Shown here in pieces: positions 13,564-27,687 of a stretch of 64,000 nucleotides of DNA. Made by a program: the position numbers and the translations under genes. Each line of letters opens with the position of its first letter. Position 1 is the stretch's first letter. The notes below the pieces were generated by a model. That model made no database searches. It worked only from the letters and a program-made list of their open reading frames with translations, and was not told the origin of the DNA. Origin of the DNA: Eledone cirrhosa (taxonomy: Eukaryota); the NCBI GenBank assembly GCA_964016885.1, contig OZ024743.1:27900001-27964000 (forward strand), in the 5' to 3' direction.

Positions 13564-15031
13564 TCTATATATATAAAACTGAGGTTGTCTGTCTGTCTAT
13601 CGATTTTTGGCACACATCTCCTCTTAGAATCTCTCACGGAATTGCACCGAAATTGCTATACTTGTACATTGAGCCCTAGCGAAGACATCGGAAAAAAAAT
13701 ATTTCAAATTGACCCGCCCTATCTGACGAAATCGAATATAATGTATCGATTTTTGAGCGTAAGTGATCAGTTATTTCCCTTTGTTCTGTTTACATTGAGC
13801 GTCTGCGTGCAAAAATTAAAAAAATTACGCTGGCTTTCTCAGCGTTTAAAATGACATTAACACAATAATTTTTACTTGAAAACAAGTCTATTTAAAGACT
13901 ACGTAAAACAAGCAAATATTTCGTAAAAAAAAGCAAAAATTATATAAGTTTATTTAAAATATATGTATCTGTAAATTTCGTTAGGCGTGCAGTCAGTTTT
14001 ATATATATAGATGATAAACAATAATATCCTCTATGAGGTCACTAAACCTGCTAGAAACAGCAGCTAACTCTCCCTCATATCACACCACTCCCTACTGTCT
14101 TAAATTTAGAAAGCACATATCCTCTATGAGGTTACTAAACCTGCTAGAAACAGTAGCTAACTCTCCCTCATATCACACCACTCCCTACTGTCTTAAATTT
14201 AGAAAACACATATCCTCTATGAGGTTACTAAACCTGCTAGAAACAGCAGCTAACTCTCCCCCATATCATACCCCTCCCTACTGTCTTAAATTTAGAAAAC
14301 ATATCTTCTATGAGGTCACTAAACCTGCTAGAAACAGCAGCTAACTCTCCCTCATATCACACCCCTTCCTACTGTCTTAAATTTAGAAAACATATCCTCT
14401 ATGAGGTCACTAAACCTGCTAGAAACAGCAGCTAACTCTCCCCCATATCACACCCCTCTCTACTGTCTTAAATTTAGAAAACATATCTTCTATGAGGTCA
14501 CTAAACCTGCTAGAAACAGCAGCTAACTCTCCCTCATATCACACCACTCCCTACTGTCTTAAATTTAGAAAACACATATCCTCTATGAGGTCACTAAACC
14601 TGCTAGAAACAGCAGCTAACTCTCCCTCATATCACACCACTCCCTACTGTCTTAAATTTAGAAAACAAATATCCTCTATGAGGTCACTAAACCTGCTAGA
14701 AACAACAGCTAACTCTCCCTCATATCACAACCCTCCCTACTGTCTTAAATTTAGAAAACACACAGACAACCATGCAGAACAACTCCATCGCAGCTCTGTT
14801 GTTCGGTTGGCATCGTCTACTCGCGTGTTGCGCAAGTACTGTGAAACAATAAATTTCAACACTTTTTTGCACAGAGATAATATCCATAGGCGAAACTACA
14901 ATTGTCACTGCTGGCGCAGCTCATGCTTCCAGGTCTGCAATTCATTCACCCAGTGCCTGGTAGACAAAAAAGTGCTGCAACCTAACTTTGGTAACTTAAT
15001 GACCCCGAGCAACGCCGGGCTTTAATGCTAG
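13564..15031 (+). mobile_element. Non-autonomous Helitron-like element carrying a tandem array
   Basis: A|TCTATATATATAAAA 5' end with (CTGT)n; 3' hairpin CCCGAGCAACGCCGGG then CTAG|T; no TSD. Confidence 0.7.
14024..14763 (+). repeat. Tandem array, 8 units of 91-93 bp
   Basis: ATGAGGT recurs at 14033, 14126, 14219, 14310, 14401, 14492, 14585 and 14678. Confidence 0.95.
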
Positions 15032-16114
15032 TATCTCTATAAAATTGTCCATTAAGAATATAATTTTCTCTAATCACTAATTTATCTTCTATCCGTTCCT
15101 TAATGTTAATGATATCCTAACTAAATTTGTTGAAGATATATTTGCAAGATATAAATTGAGGTTTCTTTTTTTTTTTTTAATGAGCTACACGTTGCAATAT
15201 CATTAAGGTTAACTAAGCAGCCGTCGAGGGCGCAGAGCTCAGAAAGATGCATCACTTAAACTTAAATGACCTCATGATCAATAAATAAATCGCTAAGTAG
15301 CTTTGTCATGTTGCACTATCGTGAAATATCCAAAGTGGTTGAGAAGACCGTATGCTGTTATTGACAGTTACATGATTTATCTATTTTTTGTGTATATAGG
15401 TGCGTATTGTAGAATCACACTAGAGCGTTATATACCCAGAAGCCGACTTTGATTAGGCTTACCTTTCCAGATTTTATGAATGTATAAAGAAACATTTCAA
15501 ATTTTCAAATTGAGTCACAAAGTAAGGTTTTTTTACTTTAAGAATTCTTCCACCCAGCCGTTTTTCCAACCTCTACTGGATGAAGTCTCTGCAACTAAGC
15601 TTGTTTCAGGCCCACCTATTCATGCTGGAGAAGTGAAAGTTGGACAGAGTGTGAAATCTGAACACAGAACGCAAATAATCGGAAAATGTACCGCAAAGCA
15701 TTCCGTCCGACCTATAAAAGTTCCATCAGTCTCCTGCCCCTGGATTAGTATTTCATTTATCACCCTCGAAGAATTAATGGTGAAGTTAACATCGGCACTG
15801 AAAGCCGGAATAAATATCTCAAAATATGTAATTCAACGTTCTAACGGCTCTGCCAATTTCCTGTCTTTTACGATAACAACATCAGAATGCAAATCAATGG
15901 AACTAACTGGTAACGAAAGGTTATATAATAATATTTATCGAATTTTTATTTAACGTACTTTATTATGCTTTTGTCTATTTACTGAAAACTACATTTTACA
16001 CTAAAACTCTCATACACAATTCATGTGCATGTGTTAAAAACATTCTTTATTTGAAGGGTATTAGATTGACGGATCCCTCTATATCTCTCGATATATCTAT
16101 ATATATATATATAA

Positions 16115-16300
16115 TAAAGGGTCGGGACCCTGACGGTTCAGCTTGCCGTTTCAACAGCTAGTTCCATACACAACTATCTGTTGAAACGGCTAGAGCTCAG
16201 CCGTCGAGATACCGAATCTTTCTTATAAAAATACTCTACTACTTCAAGTATCGAGTACTCTGGTGAGTAATGGCCTAACCAATGTTTAACTGAATCCATC
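16115..16300 (+). mobile_element. Fold-back mini-element, diverged family C relative
   Basis: gacgg...gccgtttcaacag / ctgttgaaacggc...ccgtc; tail ctctactac...gagtactctggtg shared with 5770-5810. Confidence 0.6.
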
Positions 16301-16341
16301 CTGATATATATACATACATATATGTGTGTGTGTGTGCGCGC

Positions 16342-16430
<89 letters not shown>

Positions 16431-17169
16431 TGGGTGTGTGCGTGGGTGTGTGCGTGGGTGTGCGTGGGTGTGGGTGTGGGTGCGTGTGGATGTGCGTGTG
16501 TGTGAGAATTCGTGTTTATGTGTGTATGTTATTAATTTTCCTCTCTGAGAAGGATGAAGAAACCAAAGCAAAAAATAAAATGCCGATTGTTAGCGACTCT
16601 CAAAAGAAAGGTCAGAGACTTTCAAGAAATTAAAAATTAATTTCTCGAATTAATTTACAGGCTTAAGGTAAATGGAAGAGATACTTTGATCTTTGTTTGC
16701 TATAGATCTGTATTGCTGTTTACTTGATCTTGTCAACACAGTACAGTCTAACCGAACCTGATGAGCAGTTAGTAGGTTTTCACCTATAGAAAAACATTTG
16801 GCCAGACTAATCTACATAATTACAACTATGAAGAGATAAGGGAAAGGAGCTAATAGTATGAAATTGGATAATTATGTTTAAAAATGTTGTATTGAATGCT
16901 GCACATATAAACACTCACATACACACGAATACACAAACAAACATACACACACACATACGTACATACCAGCGAAAACACGACATCTTCACCACCTCCACCA
17001 AGCGATGCTTCCCTTCATTCTATAATTCTTCCTCTCACCTATCACACATACCCAAACATTCCTTCTAACAACATCACCAATCGAAACGAACTAAAAATGA
17101 CCACCATGAATGAATGTAAATCGTTATTTACTGTTCCAAAGCCCTAAGAATTTCATTCTGCCATTACCA

Positions 17170-17301
17170 TAACATATGTCCGAAGAGCTTTTGATTCCAG
17201 AGTCGGGCCAGATCGATACAGATCGAACCTTGAGCTGATCAATCGCGAATCGCGTGTTACTACTCAATAAACGTAATGAAGACCTAACACTTCCTCCTTT
17301 T

Positions 17302-17302
<1 letters not shown>
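17170..17302 (+). mobile_element. Penelope-like terminal remnant (copy of 991-1123)
   Basis: Inverted homology to 991-1123; tgt-CCGAAGA...GAATC-GCGT-GTT degenerate core. Confidence 0.55.
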
Positions 17303-17337
<35 letters not shown>

Positions 17338-17618
17338 ACATATATATATATATATAATGTTAATCCAACACCCTCTTAATTAATGGTAATTTCTAAGACA
17401 AGTACACAACCCAGTATATTTTCAAACTCTGACGAATAGAAGGCAAAGTTGGACCTTGACTTTTCCTTTTAACCCTCAGGGTCGATATAATAAAATACGT
17501 CAGGTAGTGGTGTCTTTTCAGCGACTATGAATTTGTTCCAATGTTAGAAATCTATATCTCACCAAACCTCGAAGGATAAAAAGCAAAATCGTTCTGACGT
17601 TTGATAAATATTAATCAA

Positions 17619-18041
17619 ATAATTGTTTCTACTTTTGGCACCAGGCCAGCAATTGTCCCAGTGCATTACTGGTACTTTATTTTATCGACCCCGTAATGAT
17701 GAAAGGTAAAGTTAACCTCGGCGGGATTTGAACTCAGGTCATAAAAGGAGATAACTCTATGCTTCAAAGCATGGCGCCCGACCCTCTACCGATACTGCCA
17801 ATCCACCGCACATTAATCAAATAATGATTTCTACTATAGGCACAAGACCAACAATTTGGCGGGAGGAGAAGGTTGATTAAATCGACTCCAGTGCATTACT
17901 GGTACTTTATGTTATCGACCTCGTAAGGATGAAAGGCAAAGCTAACGTCGGCGGGATTTGAACACAGAACGTAAATGGCCATAACTCTCTGCTGCAAATC
18001 ATGGTGTACGACGCTTTACCGATACTGCTAACCACTGCCCT
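17619..18041 (-). mobile_element. Two tandem SINEs (17619-17809, 17820-18041) sharing a triplicated target site
   Basis: attaatcaaataat at ~17610, ~17811 and ~18045. Confidence 0.9.
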
Positions 18042-18849
18042 TATATTAATCAAATAATGATTAATTAAATTGACTATACCGTTCCTCCGAAATGTGAGTC
18101 CTTTGCACCAGACTTTTTAGATTTCCATAATATTATTGTTATTTTTAAAATGTTTCCTTTTTCCTCCATGTCCATGAAGCTGGAAGCTATCAACACTGAG
18201 CACAAACAAAGCAGTATTTCTTCTTTTTTTTTTCAGTTTTTTCTCCTGGACACCAAAGCCTACTTACTGATAGTGAGTTCTCACAAAGATTTATGAGTAC
18301 ACATAACTCACATGTCTGTGGTAATTCTTTCATTACGAGTTTCATCTACTCGTGTTTAGTGTTCATACAAGCCACATATCCGACACAGCTAACACCGATT
18401 ATTATAAAGCTTCCGTTATCAACTGCTTCTAGTACTGATAGCCTGTATTTATTTTCTGAACCATGAACACAAAGATTAACAGGCTTTCACGTGATTTATC
18501 AGTAACACAAATCAAACCTAATGAATTATCTCATTATCTCATTAACCATTGAAATGATCAAATGTATTGGAACAATATCAAGAACAGCAACAATAATTAT
18601 TCAATAATAATAATAATGATGATGATGATAATAATAGCTTTTCTGATTTTTAACTTGCCACGAAGGTGACAAATATAAATCACTTTACAATAGTGAAATA
18701 ATCGCCGAAGTGTAACAAAAGACATTATATAATACAAAATATACAAACTAAGTTACATACGCATACACACGCACACACATACACACACAAATACACACAA
18801 ATACACACACATACGCATATATATATATACAGTATATGTGTGTGTGTGT

Positions 18850-18935
<86 letters not shown>

Positions 18936-18940
<5 letters not shown>

Positions 18941-19125
18941 TAAAGGTATAGTACTAGGAAAAACAAACGACTAGGCATGAAGTAAAGATTAGAGGAGGAA
19001 GATTTATTTAGAGTCCGTTCTTTAACATATGTTTCAATACAATATCAGTCTACGTGCGCTAATTGCAAATGAATATGATCAATCGCAATCATTACATAAA
19101 ATACTGCACTTCATCAGGAAGACTA
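18936..19125 (-). mobile_element. Penelope-like terminal remnant with long-stem-II hammerhead-like motif (19018-19123)
   Basis: Minus strand reads CTGATGA-agtgcagtat...atattgtatt-GAAAC-ATAT-GTT; abuts (TG)n. Confidence 0.5.
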
Positions 19126-19397
19126 TAGTGTTCATAGTTCAATGTGAGGTCGCTGCATCTTACGTAAGGATTATCTTACCGCTCTCTCCTCGGACTTAAA
19201 GGCAACTGTTCTAAACTAATAGAGATGAAGCAGAAGCGGTAGGCGTGGGTTACTTCCTGCAAAGACCATCTCTAGAAAAATACTTTCGTAAGCAATCGCC
19301 TTGTTTACTTTGTTTGCACATTGATTCCCACAAAACAAATTTTAATCTTACATATCTTCGTATATGTGTGTGTGTGTGTGTATGTGTGTGTGTGTGT

Positions 19398-19678
19398 GTC
19401 GGTTACGACGACGAGTGTTCGAGTTGATCCGATCAACGGAATAGCCGGCTCGTGAAATTAACGTGCAAGTGGCTGAGCATTCCACAAACATGCGCACCCT
19501 TAACGAAGTTCTCGGGAAGATCGGTGTGACACAGATGTGACAAGGATGGCACTTCGAATTACAAGTACAACTCGTTTTAGTGAACTAGAGCGACGTGATA
19601 CAGCGCGCTGCCGGGAATCAAACTCACGACTTTTCGATCGTGAGCCGAATACACTTACCAGAAAGCCACACGCCTTCA
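19398..19678 (-). mobile_element. tRNA-derived SINE, second family
   Basis: Head GAAGGCGTGTGGC...GAGTTTGATTCCC; related heads at ~32897 (+) and ~43890 (-); sits between microsatellites. Confidence 0.8.
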
Positions 19679-19688
19679 CGTATGTATG

Positions 19689-19745
<57 letters not shown>

Positions 19746-20089
19746 AGAGAGAAGGAGAGAGAGAGAGAGAGATGCGTGTGTATGTGTGTGTATTAGCGAT
19801 AGTGATTCGGGATACAGGCGTGTATGAACAATACGTTTATATGTGATAAACATACACTTAGTCGCACTGTAGCTGTGATCATATCACCTCTACCTCGGTA
19901 TTTATTCAGAGTAATTATTCACCACCAAGCTTGCAATATATGTAAATAAGATTTCAACAAGAATAGAATGCTTACAAAATCTATCAACCTTTATTGTTTT
20001 TCATTCCTCGGTATCTCGGTGTAAAAAAAGCAACTGTTCATAATTTAGTACCAAAATAAACAGAATCATATATTTACACATCTGAGACA

Positions 20090-22038
20090 ATCGTCCGCTT
20101 TCAGCTATGCGTGTGAGGATTGCTGACTAAGTGTTTGTTAGCCGTGCAATGGCAACGGTTAAAGCAGCAAGTATTTTTGCCAAGTATAGTAACTTCAGCA
20201 ACCATAAATGGGAAATAGAATTGACTGTTTTTGTTTTAATAATCAATTTTTATGCGGTGTCTTTATACTTCAGGCAGCACAGTCATATTTATGAAATCTT
20301 GTTGGGCACAACTACACGATATCCTTTTTTTTCCCTGTCTACTCAACAGTTATAATATCTTTGAACTCACAGTAATCTTAGAGGTATTGGTTGAAACAGC
20401 TTGTGTAAAGACTTTACATAATGTACAGACAGACCTTGTCAATATTTTCACTTGTGGATACAAGATCTGTCTTTGCTATGGCAGGCCAATTTACTATGTT
20501 AATCTCGTTTGCCATAGTTTCTTTTTCTTTCTAAATATTAGTGACATTTTGCACCTGTATCTAACTATTAGATTTCTTTCTAGTACTTTCTTATTATATA
20601 GCTAAGCAACAGTCTTGTTGAAAGTTTCAAAGGTGTTTATATAAGTTTTATTGTCAATTTTGGCACAGTATACATTATTCATTTTATTTAGACTTAAGGC
20701 TAGATACAATCGATTCAAACATATTGCTCCTTCTATATTTTCTGAAATAAACTTGAGAATTAGAAACAAACTTTTGGTTACTGATGGCTCGGTATATTAT
20801 GATATTTTTTTCAACAACAAAGTTGTTCACTCAGGTAATTGATTTCGTGTTTATAATTGATAAATTCCCACTCGAATGTTTGACGTGCAAAGTTCTTTGT
20901 ACATTTAAGTCAGTTTTTCTGAAGGTGTGAGCTTATTATTCACCTTACACGTTATGGTGGTAGTTAAATATTCCATTGTACGGCACGTTATTAATATTTT
21001 CTTCTGGGTTTATTTAACTGCGTCGCTTGGGCCTAACTATTTCGTTACCGTGAGCACTGCAGACATCTCCTATGTGTTATTTCAGAGTGAGAAGAACCGT
21101 ATACATGCAGGTATTGATTGTCTACTAAGAGTCATCACATGTTTTCATATACTCTCCAACGATATTATCAATAACATTTAACATGAGAATGGTTTATTTT
21201 CAACTTACTCTCCTAAAAATATCATCGGTTATCTAATGATGGTTTAGTGAAATTGGATCCATTATTTGGCAGTATCGGTAGAGTGTCGGCATAGAGTTAC
21301 GGTCCTTTGCGGCATAGAGTTACGGTTCTTTACACTCTGAGTTCAGATCCCGCCGAGGTTAGCTTTGCCTTTCATCCTCCCGGAGTTGATAAAATAAAGT
21401 ACCAGTAACGCACTGGGGTCGATTTAATCGACTTTCCCCTTCCCTCAAATTATTTTCAAACAATGGATTTTAAATTATTTTAAATTGCATATATTTAACA
21501 GTCATCCCTGTCAAACAAATTAGAGAAGTGTGTGGGAGTTGATTGATGGCAATGGTGGCAGCAGTTTGTTTATATTCTTATTAATCTCTTCTATGACAAA
21601 TTTTCATAGGCTTTGGATATCTTCAGAAAATCGACTCCTCTTATCACAGCGGTTGGAATAACAATTGCCATCCATGACAGCCATGTTTCAAGTAAAGAAA
21701 GATACCTGTCGTCGAAGTTGTTTTCTCGTGAATAGGAGTAGATATTGATTTAAATGCAAAGGCCGAGTGAACTGAGAAGAATATGGCGTCTTAAACAGCT
21801 CACAGATGTTGTAGTAGCGCTGATAGTATCAGTAGCTGTGTTAATAACAACGTCAATCAGAAATATAAAATCGAAATCTCTTGTGATGTAATGTGTTTTT
21901 TTGTAAACTGGTGAGCAAAAAGTGTTTCTCCTCAGTATAACAAAAGAAAAAATATACATTTACTGATCCTGGCAGTTGTAAAACTTGTAGAGGAAAATGT
22001 TCAAAAGCACATTTTAGACCGTTCTCTGTACAATCTTC
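20090..22038 (-). pseudogene. Heavily decayed R4/Dong-like retrotransposon (N-terminus and early RT), with a SINE at 21267-21450
   Basis: Minus-strand remnants FTRKQLRRQVSF, SCFNQYL*DYCEFKDIITVE, CAQQDFINMTVLPEV and ISHLWLLKLLYLAKI align with the 23.3-27.6 kb element. Confidence 0.75.
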
Positions 22039-22261
22039 TATGTATGTATGTATGTATGTATGTATGTATGTATTTATGTATGTATGTATGTATGTATGTG
22101 TGTCTGCGTATGTATGTATATATGTATGCGCGCATGACCGTATATAATATTTATTAGAAACGTAAATACATGCATGCATTTATATATAAATACAGATATA
22201 CATATGTATATGCATACAAAGAGATATTTAACCTCCCGACCGCGGCGCCAAGCACCGCAGA

Positions 22262-22335
<74 letters not shown>

Positions 22336-23240
22336 ATGTGTGTGTCTGTGTCTATGTCTGTGTGTGTCTGTGTGTGTGTATGTGTGCATACATAGCAAAG
22401 TTGCACATGGAAAAGAACGAAATACGTATAATATTTCCTCATCAGCCACCCCATGGGCAATGCAATTCCGTGCATAGAGTTGGTATTGTATAACATTGAG
22501 TATAGGTTGCACATAGCCACTATGTGCAAATAGGACAAGGCAGTGTCTTTCGACTAGGACAGCAAAGTTTTACGATGAGAAACAGGGCAGAATTACATAC
22601 ATACATACACACATACATACATGATGGCTGCCCCCTCGTTATCGAGTATGGCCATTGCACGATATACCATTATTAATAATTATTAATTAATTCTATCGTG
22701 CAATGTCTGTGTGTGAAGATATTTTTTAAAGTGAAGAAAGACTGTGCACTGAGCCAATCCCACTCTCTGAGCGACAGTAGCTATAACCCGAAAAGAAGAA
22801 GAGATCAACATCATCGGTAACTACTGAGCCGCAGGTTTTATATCGGAGTTATCCCAGTTTCCTGAGTTGCCTTCTCCTAGAAGAATGCCCTGACAAAGGC
22901 TAGGGGTCAATCACCCCCAGTGGTTTAACCGCGCGATCGAGTGTCCAGCCCGACTATTTCTATGTCCCCACGCATATACACACACATGCACACAAATATA
23001 CACACATATACATAAATATGTACATGTGTATATACATATTTACACACTTTTGGATGGCCGTTAACTCTTATGAGTTCTTCGGCCTTTGTCAGGTTTTGTT
23101 TTTTGTCCTGCAGGGTGTCCAAAATCACCCTCCTCACCAAGTAAACTTGGTGGGGTTGCTTGGTGGGGTTGCCGACGACCCGACCATGCGACAGGTTGTA
23201 CTGGGTTACATGTTACCAGTAGCACTCAAGAGTGACCCGA

Positions 23241-23302
23241 CATACATACATACATACATACATACATACATACATACATACATACATACATACATACATA
23301 CA

Positions 23303-23332
<30 letters not shown>
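23241..23332. repeat. (CATA)n microsatellite at the 5' junction of the R4/Dong-like element
   Basis: Read directly. Confidence 0.95.
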
Positions 23333-23333
<1 letters not shown>

Positions 23334-26300
23334 CAGTCAACGCGATCAGTCGCATATTTTTGCGTGGGAGACTATTTATTAAATTTAAGATGAATACTAT
23401 CTCCGACAGTAATGCCACAACTACAGCCAAGTTGAATAACTGGTTATTCTTCTAACTATCCCTTCTGAAGACACCTTTTATTCGAATTCGTAGAGATAAC
23501 CGACTAAATACATAATTCATTTTACAAGGATTTGCTAAAAACAGCATGGCTGAACACAACATCAACAACAAAATTAAGGAAGTATCGAAGACAAATAACA
23601 AAGAAGGTAATCAAACTTTATTCAGTTGTAGCTACAGAAGAAACCGAAATTATAAATCGCATTTCTCTTGGAGTTGCGAACTTAATAATGATTTATTTAA
23701 TTGTTATAAAATGGCAAAAAAACAATCCCTCCATTGGCTATATGAATAGAATGAAGCTACACTGGGACGAAATGCACCCAGAGCTAAATTATTTCACAGC
23801 GAAACAATTACGCCAACAAGCGACGTTTGTTGAACGTAAAAATAAGATAAATATTATTAATTGTAAGTCCCACCGCAAACATGGAATCAACAACACGTTC
23901 TACAGATCGCCATGCTACTAGACTTCCTAGCAGCCAGGTCGACCAGCGTCTTGAAACAACTATGCCTGTAAGAAACTTGACACCACCTGTCCCATCTAAG
24001 TCTACCTCGAATGCTGGGGAAAACACTATCGATAATAATAATAATCAAAGAAATAATAATAATTGTTTCCACTTTGGGCACAAGGCCATCAATTAACCAG
24101 TACATTACTGGTACTTTATTTTATCGACCCCGTAAGGATGAAAGCAAAGTTAACCTCGGCGGGATTTGAACTCAGACCGTAAAGGGATGTAACTATGCTG
24201 GAAAGCATGGCGTCCGACCCTCTACCGATACTGCCAATCCACTAATAATAATAATCGAATAAATGTGACACCACGTATACCATCCGAGTCTACCTCGACT
24301 GTTGTGGAAAATACTATCGATAATGATAATCAAAAGTATAACCAATTGAAAATTTCCCTCAGCGAAATCTTCCAGAGAGAAATTAACTCATGTATAAATA
24401 TCTCTCTTACTGAACGTGTTAAAATGACAATGGTGAATAAAAAAACAAATAATGAAATACTACGTGTTATTGACGAAATAGGGATGAATATTTACGACGG
24501 ATAAAAACCCCCAACATTTTGGCAAATCAACGCCTGTTTATATGCCTTAACAATGACAGTAAAGCATTATCTTGGTGATAGCAGAAATATTAACAAGAAC
24601 AAAACACCACCAAAAATACCATCATATATAACTAAAATAGAAAAAAAGAGTGCTGACCTCCGAAAAAACATAGGACATGTGACAATGCTCCTTACATGCA
24701 AACAAACACAAAAAACCTCACTCCTCACCAACAAAGAGTGAAAAATAAAATAGAGACGATGTTTGGTAACAGTAGAACCAGAACTCTCCAATATAAGCTG
24801 ATCACCCTCAAACAAGAATTGAGAGCTCTTAGCGAAAAACGCCGATACCTTAAGAAGGTAGACGAGAGAAAAATGCTTAATAAAAGATTCAGACGAAACC
24901 AAACTATAGAGATATGAAGGGCAAAATAATAAGTGTCACTGAGGCCTCATCCCAGAAAGACATAGATTCCTTTTGGAGAAAAATATGGGGTGAAAAGAAG
25001 AATTTCAACCAAGATCCAGTGTGGCTAAGAGAAAACCAAAAGAACTATTGCTCCTACACTACAACAAAAACATACGAAATAAGTGAGGATACCCTTGAGA
25101 CTGTGATAGGAAAACTCCAAGATAAGAAAACACCAGGAAGAGACATGATTGTCGGCTACTGGTACAAAAAACTAATATTCTATCGGAGGTATCTTACTGA
25201 CCTCTACCAACAAGTTCTTAGGGGAAATACACTTATACCAGAATGGTTGACATTAGCACAAACGTTACTGGTCCTCAAGAACAAAGACACTCACTTGGAA
25301 AAAAACTACCGATCCATTGCATGCCAGAACCTGATGTATAAGATGTATACAGCCTGCCTCAACCTATCCCTCCAAGATCACTGTGAAAATAATAACATCA
25401 TCACAGATGAACAAGCAGCTGGAAAGAAAAGGGTTTGGGGATGTGCTGAACAACTCCTAATCAACAAAACTGCGATGTCGGAGGTGCGACAACTTAGGAG
25501 GAATATGACTACAGTCTGGCTGGACTACAGGAAAGCTTTCGATTCTGTTACCCACTCTTGGATGATAGAGGCCCTCCAACTTGCTAAAGTCGCAGACATT
25601 GTTGTCAGAGCCATAGAGAGGCTGTCTTCTTTTTGGGCTACTACCCTAAGGTTAAAGACAGAGAGGGAGGACTCTAGTTTCACTGATAAAATAAAATATT
25701 GCAGGGGGAGAGTCTCTCTGTGATATTGTTCATCTTGTCATTAAACCCCTTGTCCTTTCTGCTCAAGAAATGTGAGGGATACATCATTGGCTCACAGGAG
25801 GACAGAAATACGAACCTAACCCATAACTTCTTTGTGGACGATCTGAAACTCTATGCCAAGAACATGGATGGGATGAAGAAAAATCTTGACCTGGTTACAA
25901 CGTTCGCAAAGGATATAGGAATGGAGTTTGGCCAAGATAAATGCTCATACATCACTGTAAAGCGGGAAAAACAACAACCCAATCTAGCAACATTGTCATC
26001 AATGGTCTAACTCTTTTACCGATATCTGATGAGGACTGCTACAGATACCTGGGGATAGATGAGAACATATCCTATAATGGTATCTGTAATAAAGAACGCG
26101 TAACCAGGGAATACTACACCCGATTAAGGAAGATCTGGTCATCGGAACTCTCTGCGCAAAACAAAACAGTGGCTCACAATGTGTTTGCTGTGCCTGTCCT
26201 AACACCAACGTTTGGAATACTCAATTGGACGATAGACGAAATCCGAGTAGTTGATGTTGGAACTCGAAAAATACTGAACAGCACCGGCAACTTCCACATA

Positions 26301-27622
26301 AACAGTGACATAGACCGCCTTTACTTGAAACGTAAGCAGGGAGGCAGAGGCCTAACATCAGTCCAGACAACATTTGAATGTCGCATCATATCCCTCCGAC
26401 AACATCTACGAACCTCGAAGCGTGGGAACCCGCTTCTCGAGCAAGTCTATCTGCATGAAACAAATAAGATCATGAGAGTTGGGAAGGAACTCCTTGAGAG
26501 ATATTCCCTGAGTGATAATCAAAAACTGACACCCAGGGATGTCGCTCAGCAGTATCGCAGTGAATCCATGGATGAAAAAGTGCATGCCTATCAGCAAAAA
26601 ATCGTGCCAGGAAGCTCCAGAGTGAGAGTAATATAGATAAGGAAAGTAGTCTATCTTAGACCAACAAACGCTATATTAGCTCCCACTTTGAAGGATACGC
26701 TTTTGCAATCCAGGAACAGGAGATTAGCACGAAATACCTGATTCACAAAAGAGATAGGGATGCAGGCAAAACACCTAGATGTGATAACAAGTGCAGACTC
26801 TGCAGAACTAATATCGAGGATATCACCCATGTCATCAGCAGCTGTCCAAAGATGTCATCGCGGTACTATCTACCTATGAGGCATGATATAGTGGCCAAAA
26901 CACTGTATAATGCAGTTCCTAAAAAAGATAGCCCCGATAATAAACACATTAAAAGCTACAACAATGTGGAAGACATCCACATACATAATATCAAAGAGTA
27001 CTGGTGGAATGTTCCAGTAAAAACCCCAATAAAATGCAGGCATAACAGACCAGATATTTATGATATGGGACAGGGAGAAGAAAACAAGCACAGTAGTGGA
27101 AATTAGCTGCCCAGCAGATGCCAATATAATATCATAGATTAGTGAAAAGGAGAATATTTATGCAGAATTGATGAGAAATCTGCAGATACTCCACCCTGAT
27201 TACACCTTCAGATTTATGCCTGTGATTATTGGGGCACTGGGATATGTTAGTAACTGCCTCAATACAAATCTTGAGAAGCTAGGCTTCACAGGAACAGAAA
27301 GAACACAACTAGTTAGGAAATTACAAGTACAATCCATTAATGGAACAGTAAAAATTTGTAAAACATTCCCAAAATTTTGCATCTAATAACTGCATATACA
27401 CATGTACAGATACAAAGCATATACACATGCACACATACAACTCAAAACATACACATCCACACATACAACAACATCCATATCTACACATGCATGCATGCAG
27501 ACATACATACATATCTACCTAGTTGATGTTGTGTAAATTCCAATGAGAGAGTCTTGTGTCTATGTTAGAAACCGACTCTCTCTCAATTGGTAAAACTTTG
27601 TGAAATTATAAAACCAGAAGAA
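23333..27622 (+). mobile_element. Near full-length, frameshifted R4/Dong-clade non-LTR retrotransposon (RT + CCHC + restriction-like endonuclease)
   Basis: N-terminal W..ELN..L..CY / GYMNRM...W; RT motifs WLDYRKAFDSV, QGESLS, FFVDD; CRLC...HVISSC knuckle; RHD, RPDI and EISCP motifs; multiple frameshifts and stops; SINE inserted at 24057-24241. Confidence 0.9.
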
Positions 27623-27687
27623 CATACATACATACATGCATAGATACATACATACATACATACACACATACATACATTCATACATAC

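Noticed and set aside
14024-14763. Regular repeat array as a CRISPR or a repeat-protein gene
   Set aside because: There are no unique spacers, the 91-bp units break the reading frame, and the context is eukaryotic; it is a tandem repeat.
15480-15953. 157-aa ORF
   Set aside because: No recognisable domain; it overlaps decayed SINE-like sequence.
22620-23240. RTE-like 5' region with a possible HDV-like or twister ribozyme
   Set aside because: It looks repeat-derived, but I could not build the required pseudoknots.
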